A stretch of DNA of 64,000 bases from Planctomycetota bacterium (GTDB lineage: Bacteria > Planctomycetota > PLA2 > JAEUHO01), in contig JBFWRP010000005.1 of the NCBI GenBank assembly GCA_050248855.1, forward strand, positions 64,001 to 128,000. Reading direction: 5' to 3'. The stretch's first letter is position 1. Each line of letters starts with the position of its first letter. Made by a program: the position numbers and the translations under genes. Of the stretch, positions 48,865 to 59,478 are shown piece by piece. The notes beneath the pieces are model-generated. The model saw only the letters and a list, made by a program, of their open reading frames with translations. It was not told where the DNA came from and made no database searches.

Positions 48865-50241
48865 ATGTCCGAGATCCAGATGTCCGACTTCATGGGTCGC
48901 GTCGTGGCGCTCAGCAAGCGCCGCGGGTTCGTCTACCCGTCGTCGGAGATCTACGGCGGCTTCCAGGCCACCTACGACTACGGGCCGCTCGGTGCCGAGC
49001 TGAAGCGCCTGATCAAGGCCGACTGGTGGCAGGCCATGGTCGGGGACCGCGACGACGTCGTGGGTCTGGACGCCTCGATCCTCATGTCGCCACGGGTCTG
49101 GGAGGCCTCGGGCCACGTCGACGGCTTCAACGACCCCATGGTCGACTGCAAGAAGTGCAAGGGTCGGTTCCGCGCCGACAAGCTGGACGAGGCCCGCTGC
49201 CCCGAGAAGCCGAGCAAGCAGCCGGGCGCGTGCGGCGGCGAGCTCACCGAGCCGCGGCAGTTCAACATGATGTTCAAGACCAAGGCCGGGCCCGTGGACG
49301 ACAGCGCGGCCACCTGCTACCTGCGCCCGGAGACGGCCCAGGGCATCTTCGTCAACTTCAAGAACGTCATGGAGACGACGCGCGTCAAGATCCCCTTCGG
49401 GATCGCGCAGATCGGCAAGGCGTTCCGCAACGAGATCGTGACCGGCAACCAGCTCTTCCGGATGCGCGAGTTCGAGCAGATGGAGATGGAGTTCTTCTGC
49501 GCGCCGGGCACGGAGCTCGAGTGGTACCGCTATTGGCGCGACGAGCGCCTGCGCTGGTGGCAGGCGCTGGGCATCCGCCGCGAACGGCTCAAGTTCTACG
49601 AACAGACCCAGGACGAGCTGGCCCACTACGCCAACGCCTGCGCGGACGTCGAGTACGAGTACCCCTGGGGCTTCGACGAGGTCGAGGGCATCGCCAGCCG
49701 CACGGACTACGACCTCAAGCGCCACGCCGAGGCCAGCGGCCGGCCGCTGGCCTACCACGACATCGAGAGCAAGCAGTGGATCGTGCCCTACGTCGTGGAG
49801 CCCTCCTGCGGCGTGGACCGCTGCTTCCTCACGATCCTCTGCGACGCCTACGACGAGCAGACCAAGCCCAACGGCGAGCAGCGCACCGTGCTGCATCTGC
49901 ATCCCAAGCTCGCGCCGATCCAGCTCGGCGTGTTCCCGCTCGTCAAGAAGGACGGCATGCCGGAGATCGCCGAACGCATCCGCGCGGACCTCAAGCGCAC
50001 GTTCCGCACCGCGTACGACGAGGGCGGCTCCATCGGCAAGCGCTACAGCCGCCTGGACGAGATCGGCACGCCCTGGGGCATCACCATCGACGGCCAGACC
50101 GTCGAGGACGGTACCGTCACGCTGCGCGACCGCGACGCGATGACGCAGGAGCGCGTGCAGCCCGAGCAGCTGACGGCGATCCTGCTCGAGCGCCTGGCCG
50201 GGTACGACCGCGCCAAGGCGGCCCTCGTCCCGGAGGCGTGA
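48865..50241 (+). CDS. glyQS: Glycine--tRNA ligase (alpha2 type)
   Basis: YDYGPLG, YLRPETAQGIF, GKAFRNE, FRMREFEQME, EVEGIASR, SIGKRYSR.DEIG; AAGGAGG RBS. Confidence 0.96.
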   Translation: MSEIQMSDFMGRVVALSKRRGFVYPSSEIYGGFQATYDYGPLGAELKRLIKADWWQAMVGDRDDVVGLDASILMSPRVWEASGHVDGFNDPMVDCKKCKGRFRADKLDEARCPEKPSKQPGACGGELTEPRQFNMMFKTKAGPVDDSAATCYLRPETAQGIFVNFKNVMETTRVKIPFGIAQIGKAFRNEIVTGNQLFRMREFEQMEMEFFCAPGTELEWYRYWRDERLRWWQALGIRRERLKFYEQTQDELAHYANACADVEYEYPWGFDEVEGIASRTDYDLKRHAEASGRPLAYHDIESKQWIVPYVVEPSCGVDRCFLTILCDAYDEQTKPNGEQRTVLHLHPKLAPIQLGVFPLVKKDGMPEIAERIRADLKRTFRTAYDEGGSIGKRYSRLDEIGTPWGITIDGQTVEDGTVTLRDRDAMTQERVQPEQLTAILLERLAGYDRAKAALVPEA

Positions 50242-50242
50242 C

Positions 50243-50668
50243 GTGCGGTCGTTGGCCCTGGCGACGATCGTCGTGGCATGCACCGCCTGTGCGGGGACGG
50301 GCTCGGGCGCCGCGCCGGCGTCCACGGCGCGCGCGGCCACGACGGCCGTGCACCCACGCCTGCGGGGCACGCTCGAACGCGTGGCCGCCCTGCGCGCGGC
50401 GGGCCCCGCGGCGCTCGACCAGACGGCCCCCCTGATCGACGAGGGCATTGCGCTGCTCGAAGCGCGCATGCCCCACGACGTGGCCCGTCCCGACGTGATG
50501 CGCTGGCAAGCGTCCCGCGAGGCCTACGGGGCGGCCCTGAAGGATGTGATCTACGCCCGGGACGCCCGCGACGCCGATGCGCTCGATCGGGCGCTGGTGC
50601 GTCTGGACGGCGCCGCCCGCCGCTGGTCGGACGCGCACCTCGGCCTGCCCCCCGAGAGCAGCCTGTAG
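50243..50668 (+). CDS. Hypothetical lipoprotein
   Basis: Lipobox-like VACTAC; helical body; 1 nt after the glyQS stop. Confidence 0.6.
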   Translation: MRSLALATIVVACTACAGTGSGAAPASTARAATTAVHPRLRGTLERVAALRAAGPAALDQTAPLIDEGIALLEARMPHDVARPDVMRWQASREAYGAALKDVIYARDARDADALDRALVRLDGAARRWSDAHLGLPPESSL

Positions 50669-50680
50669 CCCGCGGCCCCT

Positions 50681-50747
50681 CGCCTGCTCCTCGGGCACGC
50701 CTACTCCTCGGGCACGCCTACTCCTCAGGCCGTCTACTCCTCAGGTA
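50681..50747. repeat. Four tandem ~17-bp copies of the 3' end (VPEE-stop) of the VWA gene
   Basis: CGCCTGCTCCTCGGGCA / CGCCTACTCCTCGGGCA / CGCCTACTCCTCAGGC / CGTCTACTCCTCAGGTA. Confidence 0.88.
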
Positions 50748-53490
50748 CGTGGATCAGCTCGCCGTGGCCGGCCTGGGCCAAGAGGGCCAGCTGGGGAAGG
50801 TCCACGTTGAGCAGGCCGATGGCCACGACGTTCAGGCGCACCTTGGTGAAGCGCTGCACGTCTTCCATCCAGGAGATCAGCTCGGGCATGGACGTGATCT
50901 CGCCGCGCGTCGGCCGTCCGTCGGTCACGAACCAGACGGTGTCGGGGCCGTCCACGAGCGGTGCGTCCAGCGTGGGGCGATCCCCGAGGCCCAGGGCGGC
51001 CTTCAGCGCGCCGTGGAAGTTGGTCTCGCCATCGGGCCGCTGGCGATCGAGCTCGGTCAGCGCGGCACGCACGTTGCCGGCCGAAGCCGGCACGAGGCGT
51101 CCCTTCCACGTGCGGACGGCGCTGTCGAAGAAGACGAAGTCCATCTCCGTCCGCGGGTCGAGCCGCTCGATGGTGCCGCGGAGCGCTGCCTTGGCGAGCT
51201 CCATGCGCGTGCCCTCCGTGGGCAGACCCCCCAGGCGCACCGCGTCGGCCGCGGGCACCTTCATCGTGAGCTCCATGGACGCACTGGTGTCCAGCACGAA
51301 GGCCACGCGGCGCGAGTAGAAGCGGTGGCCGTAGTGGTGCGGCTCGTCCTCGGGCGGAGGCGGGGGCGCGTAACGGTCGTCGTCCCGCGAGGGCTCCCGC
51401 GCGGGTGGCGGCGGCAGGCCGCCGAGGCGCTCGACCTCCGCCTTCCACCAGCGCGCCCAGGCCTCCGCGTCGGGGCCCTCGTCGTGATCGGTCAGCTGTT
51501 TCAGCGCCACGAGCAGGTCGCCCCGGAGCCGACCGTCCTCCGTGCGCAGACGCTCGATCAGCGGCGCCACGGCCTCGCTGGTGCCGAGCACGCCGAGCGC
51601 CCGGGCGGCCGTCAGGCGCACTTGCCAGGCGCGGTGGTCGAGGCGCGCCACCAGCACCTTCGTGGCGTCGGCGCTGCGGCCGGGGAAGCGCAGGAGGGCG
51701 TCGGCGATCGAGAGGAACGCCCGCGGCTCCATGTCGTCGAGCGCCGCCAGGAGCGGCGCCCGGCTGGCGCGGTCGGCGATCGCCGCGAGCGCCCACGCCG
51801 CGTTGGCCCGCACGAGGGGCTGGCGGTCGGCGAGGAGCTGCTCCAACGGGAAGCGCGCGTCCGCAAGAGCCAGCTTGCCGAGAACGCGCGCCAGGCCCGC
51901 CCGCACGAGGGGCCGACGATTCTGCTGCAGCTCGACGACCAGCTGCGCGAGGCAGCTCGCGTCCTCGGTCTTGGCCAAGAGCAGGACGATGCTCTCGCGC
52001 ACGAGGTCCGAGCGGTGCTCGAGCAACGGCAGCAGCACGGGCACCTGCTCGGGCAGCGTCACGCGCTCCACGCCGCGCACGTACCCGGCGATCCACGTGG
52101 GCTCGTCGTGGGCCGCGAGCTGCTCGGCGATGCGGTCCGCCCGCGGCGGGCCCTCCTCGTCGCTGGCGGCGCCCAGGTGGGCCAGATCGCCCTTCACGAA
52201 CGCCTTCCAGCGCGCGTCGTACGCCTCGGGCGACTCGCCGAGCACGTCGCGGAAGGCCGCGGTCTCGTCCCGGCCCTCCCGGAGCGCTCCGAGCAGGGAC
52301 CGCCAGCGCTCGCGGTCGTCGCGCAGGCCCGTCTCGACCAGCGACCACGCGCGCAAGTGGTCGGCCCAGTCGAGGTCGGACAACGAGGTCTTGGCGAAGA
52401 AGGACTCGATCGGCTCCAACGGCTTCTTGAGCAGCAGGTCCAAGCGGTGCGGCCACGCATCACGAGGACCGTTGGCCCCGCCTTTCTCGCCCACGCAGTA
52501 GGTCGCGTAGTCCGCCTGCAGGGCCGGCAGCTTCTGCAGCGTGTGCGCGGCGCCGCACCAGGCCCAGCGCGGGCAGCGATCCTCGAAGCCGTTGGCCAAG
52601 AGCCAGCAGGAGAAGGCGATGTGGCCGATCTGGTGGCGGATGTAGCCGTGGACGTTGCGGTCGCTCGTCTCCTTCTGCGCGCTCACGACCAAGCCGTTGC
52701 CGCAGAAGCCATCCGCAATGCGGTCGTTGTAGGCGTACGCGTAGTTCATGTGGATGCCGGGACCGCCGAAGTAGCGCGCACCGATGGCGTCGAACTCCCG
52801 CGGCGAGTCCACGACGTAGATCGCCGTGGGGCGGTCCTCCACGAGCGTCCCGCCGAAGAGGTGCAGGAAGTCGGCGCGCGCGCGTTCGCCTCGCTCCAGG
52901 GTCAGGTGGGCGACTTCGTGCGCCGACATGAGGCGTCGCGTGTTCTTGTTCGTGACGACCTTCAGCTTCTTGTGCAGGTTGGTGACCACGTAGAAGTGCG
53001 GCGACCAGGCGACGACGAGCTCGCCGCCCAAGGTCGTGGCCTCGGCGTCCCGTCGCGTTGCCAGCTTCGCCGTGACCGTCGGGTCGCGCGGGACGAGTGC
53101 ATCGCAGTCGGTGGTGGTCGCGTCGCAGACGGAGCAACGGATGCCCCAGGCCCAGGCGTGGCGCTTCCAGAACGACGCCTCGTCCCGCGCGCTCCAGCAG
53201 GCGTGCGGCTGGTCCAGGGGCGGCGGCCGCGTGCGGCAGTCGCCGCCGGACAGCTCGAACCCGCACGCGGAGTCGTCTTCGGGCCCCGGGAAGGGCGCCC
53301 GCAGGTAGGCCCACGTGGACTGGCCTTGGTGGCAGAGGCAGCGCCCCGGGACGCGCTTCTCCTCCCAGGCGTCGCCCCGCGCGGCCGGTGGCAGCCACGC
53401 CAGCAGCAGCACGCCGAACCCGACGCCCGCGATCAGCACCGCGAGCCGCGGGCCGCGGCGGACAGGGGCGTGCGGGCGAGGAGGTTCCAT
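50734..53490 (-). CDS. Exported multidomain protein: Cys-rich N-region, peptidase-MA-like region, HEAT repeats, C-terminal VWA
   Basis: Signal peptide; HEAT repeats; VWA MIDAS VAFVLDTSASM, GETN, FVTDGRP. Confidence 0.8.
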   Translation of the reverse strand: MEPPRPHAPVRRGPRLAVLIAGVGFGVLLLAWLPPAARGDAWEEKRVPGRCLCHQGQSTWAYLRAPFPGPEDDSACGFELSGGDCRTRPPPLDQPHACWSARDEASFWKRHAWAWGIRCSVCDATTTDCDALVPRDPTVTAKLATRRDAEATTLGGELVVAWSPHFYVVTNLHKKLKVVTNKNTRRLMSAHEVAHLTLERGERARADFLHLFGGTLVEDRPTAIYVVDSPREFDAIGARYFGGPGIHMNYAYAYNDRIADGFCGNGLVVSAQKETSDRNVHGYIRHQIGHIAFSCWLLANGFEDRCPRWAWCGAAHTLQKLPALQADYATYCVGEKGGANGPRDAWPHRLDLLLKKPLEPIESFFAKTSLSDLDWADHLRAWSLVETGLRDDRERWRSLLGALREGRDETAAFRDVLGESPEAYDARWKAFVKGDLAHLGAASDEEGPPRADRIAEQLAAHDEPTWIAGYVRGVERVTLPEQVPVLLPLLEHRSDLVRESIVLLLAKTEDASCLAQLVVELQQNRRPLVRAGLARVLGKLALADARFPLEQLLADRQPLVRANAAWALAAIADRASRAPLLAALDDMEPRAFLSIADALLRFPGRSADATKVLVARLDHRAWQVRLTAARALGVLGTSEAVAPLIERLRTEDGRLRGDLLVALKQLTDHDEGPDAEAWARWWKAEVERLGGLPPPPAREPSRDDDRYAPPPPPEDEPHHYGHRFYSRRVAFVLDTSASMELTMKVPAADAVRLGGLPTEGTRMELAKAALRGTIERLDPRTEMDFVFFDSAVRTWKGRLVPASAGNVRAALTELDRQRPDGETNFHGALKAALGLGDRPTLDAPLVDGPDTVWFVTDGRPTRGEITSMPELISWMEDVQRFTKVRLNVVAIGLLNVDLPQLALLAQAGHGELIHVPEE

Positions 53491-53590
53491 GGGCAAGACC
53501 CGTGAACGCGTGCGGACGTACCGTGTCCGATGGACGTGCCGGCCCAGCCTAGCCTCCTCGCAGGCGGGGCGGCCGGCCACGGAGGTCCCG

Positions 53591-54436
53591 ATGCAAGCCC
53601 GACTCCCGATTCGCCCTGGTCCCCGCATGCTTGCGGCGCTGGCCCTGCTCGCCCTGGCTGCGCCCGGCGCTGCACCGGCCCACGCCGAGGACGGTCGTCC
53701 CTTCCACGTGGTGTCGGGCTACCTCGACGAACCCGTGCTCGGCGCACGGCGCGTCGAAATGGAGGGCTTCCTCGGCGGCAACGCGATCCTCGAGCTGGAT
53801 CCCAACCGTTGCCAGCTGGACGAGTTCGGCGACCCCGGTGTCTGCACGCGCATGGCCGCACGTCGCCTCGAGGTCACGCTGCACCGCGCCAAGCTGGCCG
53901 ACCCGCGCGGGCACGGCCGCGCGCTCTACGGGATCGCGGGCCTGCCCCGCGAGGGCGAGACCTCGCCGGGCCCCAAGCTGTTTCTCGTCGCGCCGCCGGC
54001 CGGCTCACCCGACACGTGGCGTCTGGTCGTGGACGGAGGGGACGCCGGCCGACGGGTCGTGCTGCTCGAAGCGCGCCCGCCCGCGCCGGGGGGTGGCGCT
54101 GCACCGCGTCCGCCGGCCGTCGACCCCGAGCCCGAGCCCGGCCCGCAGCCCCTCTGCAGCAACGTGAGCTACACGGCGCGCTGGGCCGACGGCCAGGTGA
54201 CCATCGAGGCCCAGATGGATCTGCCCACGCCGGGCTACGAAGTGCGCTTCGAGCGCAGCCCGCTCCGCATCTGGCCGCCGCAGCACCAGCTGATCTGCAT
54301 CCCGCCCGACGGCTTGGTCATCCAAGTCATCACCCCGGCGACCGTCACCACCACCTTCGCGGCCGCCGAACCACCCGCCGAAGTCATCGTCCGCGACCGC
54401 CAAGGCGCGCACCGCGTGCCGGTGACGACGAAGTAG
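53591..54436 (+). CDS. Secreted protein with C-terminal PrcB-C-like domain
   Basis: GGAGG plus ATG; signal peptide ending AHA; PTPGYEVRF...PPDGLVIQVITP. Confidence 0.6.
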   Translation: MQARLPIRPGPRMLAALALLALAAPGAAPAHAEDGRPFHVVSGYLDEPVLGARRVEMEGFLGGNAILELDPNRCQLDEFGDPGVCTRMAARRLEVTLHRAKLADPRGHGRALYGIAGLPREGETSPGPKLFLVAPPAGSPDTWRLVVDGGDAGRRVVLLEARPPAPGGGAAPRPPAVDPEPEPGPQPLCSNVSYTARWADGQVTIEAQMDLPTPGYEVRFERSPLRIWPPQHQLICIPPDGLVIQVITPATVTTTFAAAEPPAEVIVRDRQGAHRVPVTTK

Positions 54437-54444
54437 CCTCGGCG

Positions 54445-56070
54445 CTACTCCCGCGCCGAGGCGGGTACGCTCACGCCCTTGTGGGCGAGGGCGGCCTCGA
54501 TGAAGCCGCGGAAGAGCGGATGCGGGCGCGTCGGCTTGCTCTTGAACTCGGGGTGGAACTGCACGCCGATGAAGTAGGGGTGGTCGGCCAGCTCGACGAT
54601 CTCGACGAGGTTGCGCTCGGGGTTGATGCCCGCGATCACGAGCCCCGCCGCTTCGAGCCGCTCGCGGTAGGCGTTGTTGAACTCGTAGCGGTGGCGGTGC
54701 CGCTCGGTAATCGACTCGTCGCCGTAGAGCGAGCGGGCCCGCGTGCCGGCGCGCAGCAAGCAGCGGTAGCCACCCAGGCGCATGGTGCCGCCCTTCTCGA
54801 GACCCTCCTGGTCCGGCATGAGGTCGATGACCGGATGCGGAGAGTCCGGGTTGAACTCAGCCGAGTCGGCGCCCTCGAGCCCCGCGACGTTGCGCGCGAA
54901 CTCGATGACCGCGCACTGCATGCCCAGGCACAGGCCCAGGAACGGCACGTTGTTCTCGCGGGCCCAGCGGATCGCGGCGATCTTGCCCTCGATCCCGCGC
55001 TTGCCGAAGCCACCCGGGACGACCACGCCGTGCACGCCGCCGAGCCGCTCGGCGATGTTGCCGGGCTTCAGGTCCTCGCTGCCGACACGGCGGATGCGGA
55101 CCTTGTGCTCGCAGGCGAACCCGCCGTGGGCGAGCGACTCGTTGACGCTCTTGTAGGCGTCGCCGAGCTCGATGTACTTGCCCACGAGGGCGACTTCGAC
55201 CTGACCGCGCGGGTTGCGGATCCGTTCCAACAGCTCGTGGTAGCGCTCGAGCTCGAGCTCGCCTGCGGGTAGGGACAAGCGGTCCACGATGAGCCGGTCC
55301 AGGCGCTGCTCGGCCAGCATCTGGGGCAGCTCGTAGATGCTGGTGGGCACGTCCTGCTCTTCCACGACGCAGCCAGTGGGCACGTTGCAGAACAGCGAGA
55401 GCTTCTTCTTCATCTCGTCATCGAGCGGGAGCTCGGTGCGGCAGATGAGCACGTCGGGCTGGATGCCGATCTCGCGCAGCTTCTGCACGCTGTGCTGGCT
55501 CGGCTTGCTCTTGAGCTCGCCGCTGGTGCGCAAGTACGGGATGTACGTGAGGTGCGCGACCATGGCGTTCTCGCGGCCCACGTCCAGCAGGAACTGGCGA
55601 ATGGCCTCGAGGAACGGCAGGCCCTCGATGTCGCCGACGGTGCCGCCGAGCTCGCAGATGAGCACGTCGGCATCGCCTGCGCCGCGGCGGATCGCGGCCT
55701 TGATCTCGTCGGTGACGTGCGGGATCACCTGGACCGTGCGCCCGAGGTAGTCGCCGCGCCGCTCCTTGGCGATGATCGTGGAGTAGATCTTGCCGGTCGT
55801 GTAGTTGCTGTCCTTCGTGAGGATCGCGCCCGACGTGAACCGCTCGTAGTGGCCGAGGTCGAGGTCGGTCTCGGCGCCGTCCTCGGTGACGTAGACCTCG
55901 CCGTGCTGGTAGGGCGACATCGTGCCCGGGTCGACGTTGAGGTAGGGGTCCAGCTTCTGGTGCTGGATCTTGAGGCCCCGGCCCTCCAAGAGAAGGCCCA
56001 TGGCGGCGGACGTCAGCCCCTTGCCGAGGCTCGAGACGACCCCGCCAGTCACGAAGATGTACTTCGTCAC
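54445..56070 (-). CDS. pyrG: CTP synthase
   Basis: [55 protein letters not shown]. Confidence 0.98.
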   Translation of the reverse strand: MTKYIFVTGGVVSSLGKGLTSAAMGLLLEGRGLKIQHQKLDPYLNVDPGTMSPYQHGEVYVTEDGAETDLDLGHYERFTSGAILTKDSNYTTGKIYSTIIAKERRGDYLGRTVQVIPHVTDEIKAAIRRGAGDADVLICELGGTVGDIEGLPFLEAIRQFLLDVGRENAMVAHLTYIPYLRTSGELKSKPSQHSVQKLREIGIQPDVLICRTELPLDDEMKKKLSLFCNVPTGCVVEEQDVPTSIYELPQMLAEQRLDRLIVDRLSLPAGELELERYHELLERIRNPRGQVEVALVGKYIELGDAYKSVNESLAHGGFACEHKVRIRRVGSEDLKPGNIAERLGGVHGVVVPGGFGKRGIEGKIAAIRWARENNVPFLGLCLGMQCAVIEFARNVAGLEGADSAEFNPDSPHPVIDLMPDQEGLEKGGTMRLGGYRCLLRAGTRARSLYGDESITERHRHRYEFNNAYRERLEAAGLVIAGINPERNLVEIVELADHPYFIGVQFHPEFKSKPTRPHPLFRGFIEAALAHKGVSVPASARE

Positions 56071-56122
56071 GACCGTGCTCCCACGGGTAAAGGCGAACCC
56101 TACACCCGCCCGGGCGAGGAGC

Positions 56123-56860
56123 CTACCGAGGGCCGGGGACGCCCAGTCGCGCCCGGAGGCGGGCGAGGTCGGCGGGGGTGTCGATGCCGAAGGCCGGGGC
56201 GCGGGCGCGCAGCACGCGGATGCGCCAGCCCGCTTCCAGGGCCCGCAGCTGCTCGAGCCGCTCGCGCTGCTCGCCGACCCCGGGCGGCAGCGCCGTGAAC
56301 GCCAGGAGCCCGGCCCGCGGGAACGCGTAGACGCCGAGGTGATGCAGGACCTCGGTGGCACCGCTCGCCTCTACGGTCGCGGGCGAGGGCCAGGCCCGCT
56401 GGAAGCCGACGGCAAAGCCGTCCACCGCGACGAGGGCCTTGACCGCCGAGGCGTCCGCCCGGTCGGCGTCGCCGGCGAACGGGTAGGCGAGCGTCGCGAG
56501 GTCCGCCCCTCCACCCGCCACGGCCTCCGCGAGATCCGCCAGGTCCTGCGGCTCCACGAAGGGCTCGTCGGCCTGCAGGTTGACCACGACGTCCACGTCG
56601 AGCCGGGCCGCGGCCTCCGCGCAGCGGTCCGTGCCGCTGGCGTGGTCCGGGCGGGTGCGCCAGACCTCCGCGCCGAACGCGCGGACGGCGCCCTCCACGC
56701 GCGCGTCGTCGGTCAGGACGAGCACGCGCTCCACGCCCGGGGCGGCACGCGCCCGCTCCACGGTGAGCTGCACCAGGATGCGGTCCCCCACCGGGGCGAT
56801 GACCTTCTCGGGCAGCCGCGTGCTGCCCAGGCGCGCCGGGACGAGCACCGCGTAGCGCAC
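56123..56860 (-). CDS. kdsB: CMP-KDO synthetase (3-deoxy-manno-octulosonate cytidylyltransferase)
   Basis: [52 protein letters not shown]. Confidence 0.93.
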   Translation of the reverse strand: MRYAVLVPARLGSTRLPEKVIAPVGDRILVQLTVERARAAPGVERVLVLTDDARVEGAVRAFGAEVWRTRPDHASGTDRCAEAAARLDVDVVVNLQADEPFVEPQDLADLAEAVAGGGADLATLAYPFAGDADRADASAVKALVAVDGFAVGFQRAWPSPATVEASGATEVLHHLGVYAFPRAGLLAFTALPPGVGEQRERLEQLRALEAGWRIRVLRARAPAFGIDTPADLARLRARLGVPGPR

Positions 56861-56867
56861 GGCCGGT

Positions 56868-57626
56868 CTAGCGGCCGAACGGCACGATGGCTTCGCCGCG
56901 CTCGACGCTGGTCACGTTGAGCGAGGCGTTCTGGTTGCGCAAGAGCATCACGGCCCGCTTGGCTTGGCTGTAGAGCGCGGGGATGTCCTTCGTGGCCGCG
57001 ATCTGGCCCTGGCCGCGCATGCTGAGGAGGGTCAGGCTCTCCCCCCCCTCTTCGATGGTGACCCGGCCGCGCGCGTTGTCCGACGTCCACTGCACGCGCT
57101 GGTAGTCCGTGGGCTGGGCGAGCCGGTCGAAGCCGCTTTGCTCGAGCCCGCGCACCAAGGCCACCATGTCGGCATCGGAGACGATGGCCGTGCGCGCGAA
57201 GCGCTCCCGGTCGGCCGCGGTGCGCGGGTTGCGGATGCGCTCGGCGTCCGGGTGGCTGGCGCTGACGAGCGTCACGAGCATCTCGGGGTCGATGCCGCCC
57301 TGCGGCCGGCGGTACTGGCTCGTCGCGTACAGCTCGCGCTCGCGGGCGAGTGCTTCCCACGTGACGCGGATCGCGACGCGCGGGCCCCCCTGGGCCGGCG
57401 GCTGGTAGTCGGGCAGCTTGTCGGCGAAGGCTGCCGCTTCGCGACGCATCTGCTCCTCACGGCGCTTGCGCGCCTCGGCCTGCTGCTTGGACTCCACGCC
57501 CTTCAGGCGGTCGAACAGCGTGGAGTCGTCGACGGGCTCGCTGGCGCAGCCGGACGCAGCCGACCCCGCTCCGAGCAAGGCCAGCGCCAACAACGCCCAG
57601 CGCACGAGCGGGGGAGAGCAGCGCAT
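56868..57626 (-). CDS. Hypothetical lipoprotein
   Basis: GGAGG RBS; hydrophobic leader ending ASGC; co-oriented immediately upstream of kdsB. Confidence 0.65.
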   Translation of the reverse strand: MRCSPPLVRWALLALALLGAGSAASGCASEPVDDSTLFDRLKGVESKQQAEARKRREEQMRREAAAFADKLPDYQPPAQGGPRVAIRVTWEALARERELYATSQYRRPQGGIDPEMLVTLVSASHPDAERIRNPRTAADRERFARTAIVSDADMVALVRGLEQSGFDRLAQPTDYQRVQWTSDNARGRVTIEEGGESLTLLSMRGQGQIAATKDIPALYSQAKRAVMLLRNQNASLNVTSVERGEAIVPFGR

Positions 57627-57807
57627 GGAAGACCTCCCGAACCGGGCGCCGCGGCATCCGGACGCCCGGCGCAGCACCCGCAAGACCTTCCGGGTCACGG
57701 CGTCGGAGGTCAAGGTCCGCCGGCGGACGTTCCCTGGAGGAAGGGCCGCTGGAAGCGATCCAAGGCATCATGAAGCCACGTTTGGCCTCGGAGCCCGTGA
57801 CGCCGCC

Positions 57808-59301
57808 ATGACTCGTCGACTCGTTGCCTCGTCTCGCCTGCTTCGCGTGGTGACGCTGACCGCGTGCGTGGTGCTGCTTGCCGCGCCGCATCGGGCTCAC
57901 GCCGAAGACGTGGACCTGCCGCCGGGCGTCGTCGCCCGCGTGCTCGACACCGATCTCACCTACGACCAGTTCTGCCTCACGCTCGTGACCCACGTGCTTC
58001 CCGACCTGCTCACGTCGCGCCACGGTCCACGTGCCGTGCTCGACGAGATGGCCGAGGAGCTCATGGTCCTCACGCGCTGCCGCGACCTGGGCATCGACGT
58101 GGGCGAAGAGGAGCTGAAGCGCAAGGAGAACGAGCTCGATCGCGAGATCCGCACGCGCAGCGGCGGTCGCCAGCACTTGGCCGACCTCATCAAGGAGCAG
58201 GGCCAGACCGTGACCGAGTTCCGCGCCGGCCTGCTCCACGAGCTGCGCAAGGACAAGCTGGCCAACCACCGCCTCGGCGGGACCCTCCCCGACGACGAAC
58301 ACCAGCGGTTCAACCAGGTGAAGCTCGTCATCGCGAAGATGCTCTCGGAGGCCAACGTGGTCTACGGCCTGCCCGTCGAGGAGCAGCGCGAGCCGCCCGC
58401 GCTCGGCGAGGGTGTCGTGGCGACCGTCGATGGCCACCCGATCTCACGCCTGCAGTTCGGCCGCCAGCTGGCCGTGCGCCTGCCCTCGCACGAGGTGCGC
58501 GAGTTCCTGGGCCGCGAGTGCCAGATCGGCTTGATGGCCCGGCGCGGCGCCACGCTCGACGAGGCTGCCCTCGCCGAGGAAATGGGCCGCATGCGCTCCC
58601 TCTGGGAGGTCGAGCGCTTGGTGCAGCGCGAGGTGGAGTGGTCCACGATCGGGTTCGACGACCGCTTCCGGGCGCTGTGGAAGCTGCCGCCGGGCGAGGT
58701 CGGCACCAGCCGCTTCCTCCGCGGGCTCTTCGGCCTCGTGCGCCAGATGCGTGCCACGGTCACGGAAGAGGACGCCCGCCGGGAGTACCAGGAGGGCCTC
58801 TCCACCCGCTTCGGCCCGCACGTCATCGTGACGAACATCAAGGTCGGCTTCGAGCAGGAGCGCAACCCCTTCCGCCGTGAAGGCGGCCCGTCGCGCACGC
58901 GCCGTGAGGCCATCGACCTCGCCCAGCAGGTCGTTCGACAGGTCAGCTCGAACGTGCCCTTCGACCGCGTCGTCGCCTCCATCCGCGCACGGCGGACGGC
59001 GCAGGGCCAGCCGGACCCCACCTTCACGGCGACGCGCATCCGCGTGTTCCAGGACGCCGACGAGGGCTCGCTCTGGAAGGACGTCAAGGACCTCGCCGAC
59101 GGCGAGCTTTCCGCGCCCATCGAGCGCCTCTCCGAGATCCACCTCGTGCGCCGTGAGCAGCCGGGCGCCGGCCATCCCTACGAGGAGCTGAAGGAGCTGC
59201 TTGTCGACTACGTCGCGCGCCAGAGGGCGCGCGAGTGGATCGACGAGAGCCTGCGCGACCCGGCGCGAGTACGCGTCCGCTGGCCCATGCCCGCGCCGTA
59301 G
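57808..59301 (+). CDS. Exported SurA/PrsA-like chaperone (two SurA-N-like repeats plus degenerate parvulin-like region)
   Basis: Signal peptide (AHA); VVARV..../VVATVDGHPIS; LGIDVGEEEL; LADGELSAPIE...IHLV. Confidence 0.6.
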   Translation: MTRRLVASSRLLRVVTLTACVVLLAAPHRAHAEDVDLPPGVVARVLDTDLTYDQFCLTLVTHVLPDLLTSRHGPRAVLDEMAEELMVLTRCRDLGIDVGEEELKRKENELDREIRTRSGGRQHLADLIKEQGQTVTEFRAGLLHELRKDKLANHRLGGTLPDDEHQRFNQVKLVIAKMLSEANVVYGLPVEEQREPPALGEGVVATVDGHPISRLQFGRQLAVRLPSHEVREFLGRECQIGLMARRGATLDEAALAEEMGRMRSLWEVERLVQREVEWSTIGFDDRFRALWKLPPGEVGTSRFLRGLFGLVRQMRATVTEEDARREYQEGLSTRFGPHVIVTNIKVGFEQERNPFRREGGPSRTRREAIDLAQQVVRQVSSNVPFDRVVASIRARRTAQGQPDPTFTATRIRVFQDADEGSLWKDVKDLADGELSAPIERLSEIHLVRREQPGAGHPYEELKELLVDYVARQRAREWIDESLRDPARVRVRWPMPAP

Positions 59302-59478
59302 GTACGGTCAGTGCCCGGGGTGCGCGGGTGCGGCTCGCCAGATGCGTAGCGGTTGGTGCTTGGTCCTGACGACGTCGAGTCCGGGTGGCGCGTAGGGGCG
59401 ACAAGTCGAGGGGACGGTCGGCGTCGACATCCCGTGCTCGTGGAGACGCGGAGGGGGTGGTTCACCGTCGGCGCCGGA

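Noticed and set aside
53325..53345. c-type heme-binding motif in the VWA protein (CLCH), and CHMC in 5326-6756
   Set aside because: Neither is CxxCH: one is CxCH and the other is CxxCE.
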